Virus record (IMG/VR): IMGVR_UViG_3300023218_000040
Span: 1-64,000 of that record
DNA from: a virus
Taxonomy: Duplodnaviria > Caudoviricetes
DNA length: 64,000 nt
Direction: 5' to 3' (one strand)
Positions 62,401 through 64,000 of the stretch are shown here, in pieces. A program made the position numbers and the translations under genes. Under the pieces are notes generated by a model. It saw only the letters and a program-made list of their open reading frames with translations, had not been told where the DNA came from and made no database searches. Each line of letters begins with the position of its first letter. The first letter of the stretch is position 1.

Positions 62401-63051
62401 TTACTTTCTCCACTTGTATTGATCCCGGACTTCCGTCAGGAATCGAGTGATTTCTTGTTCTAGAAAACGTTGTGCGTCTTCATCATGACGTACGTATTCT
62501 GTTAGCTTCATAGCCTCTTGACCATGCTTGCTCCCCATCAAACTCTCTGCAAGAGAAGCATGAGGATAAGCACTTGGAGCGCTTGGGTTTGCAACAATGT
62601 CCACCGTAACGATGTCAAAATCACTTACCCTTCCCTGACCGTCAATATTTCCGGAACCACGTGAACTTACGCCCATCTGCATACCGGCTTCAATACAACC
62701 CTTGACGATCAAACCCATTCCAGCATTCACGATTCTCATCGCACCCATGCCGTTATTTCCATTCATATTCATCTCAGTGATGACATGAGAGATCCTGTCC
62801 ATGTTAATGTTCAGTCCCTCTGGATGGTCTAGCTCGCCAGGGATCGGACCTTTTGACTGAATACGCTCGTTTATATGACCCACGGCTTTTTCAATTTCAT
62901 TCCGTGGGTACACACGACCATTATGGTTCTGCGTCTCACCCTCAAGGAATAAACCCTTCAGGTAATAGAACCCGTCTTTACCGTTGCTTTCTCCGACAAG
63001 AGGTTTGGCTTCGGGTAAAATGACCTCAGTCAGTAAACGTTTCTCAGTCAT
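62401..63051 (-). CDS. gp21: Prohead protease (gp21-like)
   Basis: N.NGRVYP, GELDHP, GVSSRGSG, DIVANPSAP.A. Confidence 0.96.
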   Translation of the reverse strand: MTEKRLLTEVILPEAKPLVGESNGKDGFYYLKGLFLEGETQNHNGRVYPRNEIEKAVGHINERIQSKGPIPGELDHPEGLNINMDRISHVITEMNMNGNNGMGAMRIVNAGMGLIVKGCIEAGMQMGVSSRGSGNIDGQGRVSDFDIVTVDIVANPSAPSAYPHASLAESLMGSKHGQEAMKLTEYVRHDEDAQRFLEQEITRFLTEVRDQYKWRK

Positions 63052-63081
63052 TTGACTATTTGCTCCAGATTACGTAATGAA

Positions 63082-64000
63082 TTAATCCTCGTCCTTCGAA
63101 TAGGCAGGCTCATCATCGTCATCGTATTCTTTGTCGTAGTCCTTGGACTTCTTGTCTTCATCGTCCTTGGACTTGTAGTCATTAGACTTGTAGTCCTTGG
63201 ACTTCTTGTCTTCATCATCGTATTCGCCCTTGGACTCGTAACCCTTGGACTTGTAACCCTTGGACTTGTAGTCATCGTCGTATTCGTTCTCGGTTTCCAT
63301 ACGATAAGACTTGTCACCATGACCCATGCCTTCCATCTCGTCCTCTTCATGTTCAACACTATCAAGGTCGTCATCGCCCTCTAAATCAAGGTCGAAATCA
63401 AAGCCCATGTCATCATCGTTCATGTCGTTTTCGTAATCCATCTCTGAATCACTATCGCCATCCATGTCCATATCCATGTTGTTTTCATAGTCTGCATCGT
63501 CCATGCCGTCCGAAGCATCAGGAGAACCCATACCGTTGTCATCCATGCCGATCATGAGGTCATCATAGTCCTCGTCGCCATCCTCAACGTCCGTTCCTTC
63601 ATCCTCGTAAGACATGTCACCGCCCATCTCGTTGTATGGATTGCGGCCATCACCCTTCTTGTTGTATACCGAGTCTAGATGATCCATGTTTTCAAATACG
63701 TCGGACAAATCGAACTCATCAGAACCTAGAAGGTCCGAGATGTTCTTTGCCGACTCCATCTGTTGTTCACTCTCTGGAGCATCCCTGTTATCGGACGGCT
63801 TGTGGGTTACTGTGTTTGCCATGCTGGAAGGATCAGTGTTTAGCTCCTCAAAGCTAATCTCTTCTGCCACTCCGGACAGCGAGTCCTCAGCAGCCTCTAG
63901 CTGGTCCCATAGGTCTCGTGACTTTTCTAGCACGAGTGTGTGAAGCTTTTCAGATGCGACCTTTGCAGCGCCTTCGTTGACAACTCGAAGCTTACCCTTC
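63082..64000 (-). CDS. Highly acidic prohead core-type protein (gp67-like position), 5'-truncated by the window edge
   Basis: The frame of ORF 63082-63933 stays open to base 64000; D/E/M-rich with YKSK and DDEDKKSKDY repeats. Confidence 0.7.
   Translation of the reverse strand, partial: KGKLRVVNEGAAKVASEKLHTLVLEKSRDLWDQLEAAEDSLSGVAEEISFEELNTDPSSMANTVTHKPSDNRDAPESEQQMESAKNISDLLGSDEFDLSDVFENMDHLDSVYNKKGDGRNPYNEMGGDMSYEDEGTDVEDGDEDYDDLMIGMDDNGMGSPDASDGMDDADYENNMDMDMDGDSDSEMDYENDMNDDDMGFDFDLDLEGDDDLDSVEHEEDEMEGMGHGDKSYRMETENEYDDDYKSKGYKSKGYESKGEYDDEDKKSKDYKSNDYKSKDDEDKKSKDYDKEYDDDDEPAYSKDED

Noticed and set aside
63048-63374. 108-aa TSPR-repeat ORF
   Set aside because: Alternative-frame shadow of the YKSK repeat region of the acidic core gene.
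1-64000. CRISPR array, tRNA or rRNA genes
   Set aside because: No regularly spaced repeat-spacer series and no cloverleaf or T-loop in intergenic DNA. Intergenic gaps are short and largely explained by promoters, terminators and remnants.
1-64000. Alternative genetic code (stop-codon recoding)
   Set aside because: All core genes are full length in the standard code, and TAA, TAG and TGA all serve as stops.

Overview
This window is a segment of a large T4-like (myovirus, probably jumbo) phage genome in the standard genetic code. I saw no CRISPR array, tRNA or reverse transcriptase. Layout: (i) a mostly minus-strand replication/recombination cluster (gp61 primase running off the left edge, 2H phosphoesterase, two GGCT-fold genes, a 209-aa minimal DnaE-like protein, UvsW, HD nucleotidase, UvsY, UvsX, gp32, dUTPase), interrupted by a plus-strand fibre locus at 3.9-9.6 kb; (ii) the packaging, tail and neck module (intein-containing TerL, TerS, gp4, gp48-like, ribosomal protein bS21, tail tube, sheath, gp15, gp14, gp13); (iii) a small early accessory island; (iv) a second plus-strand fibre locus ending in a Stealth-family gene; (v) an RNA ligase/nucleotidyltransferase/Hsp20 island; (vi) the head module (gp23, gp22, gp21 and an acidic core protein running off the right edge). 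At least eight free-standing endonuclease genes lie among the structural genes, and five of them share a Zn-ribbon + Vsr-like nuclease + GNAT-like architecture. About 22 copies of a (C/G/A)TAAATA(CT) late-promoter motif precede structural genes. The strongest leads are the nuclease-GNAT fusion family, a T10 frameshift separating gp15 from its start codon, a two-hairpin ROSE-like thermometer before hsp20, the minimal DnaE, a 10-nt periodic repeat in the gp32 leader, a palindromic bidirectional late promoter driving bS21, and a fibre-Stealth-sulfotransferase-remnant locus. All functional calls come from motif recognition by eye; no searches were run.
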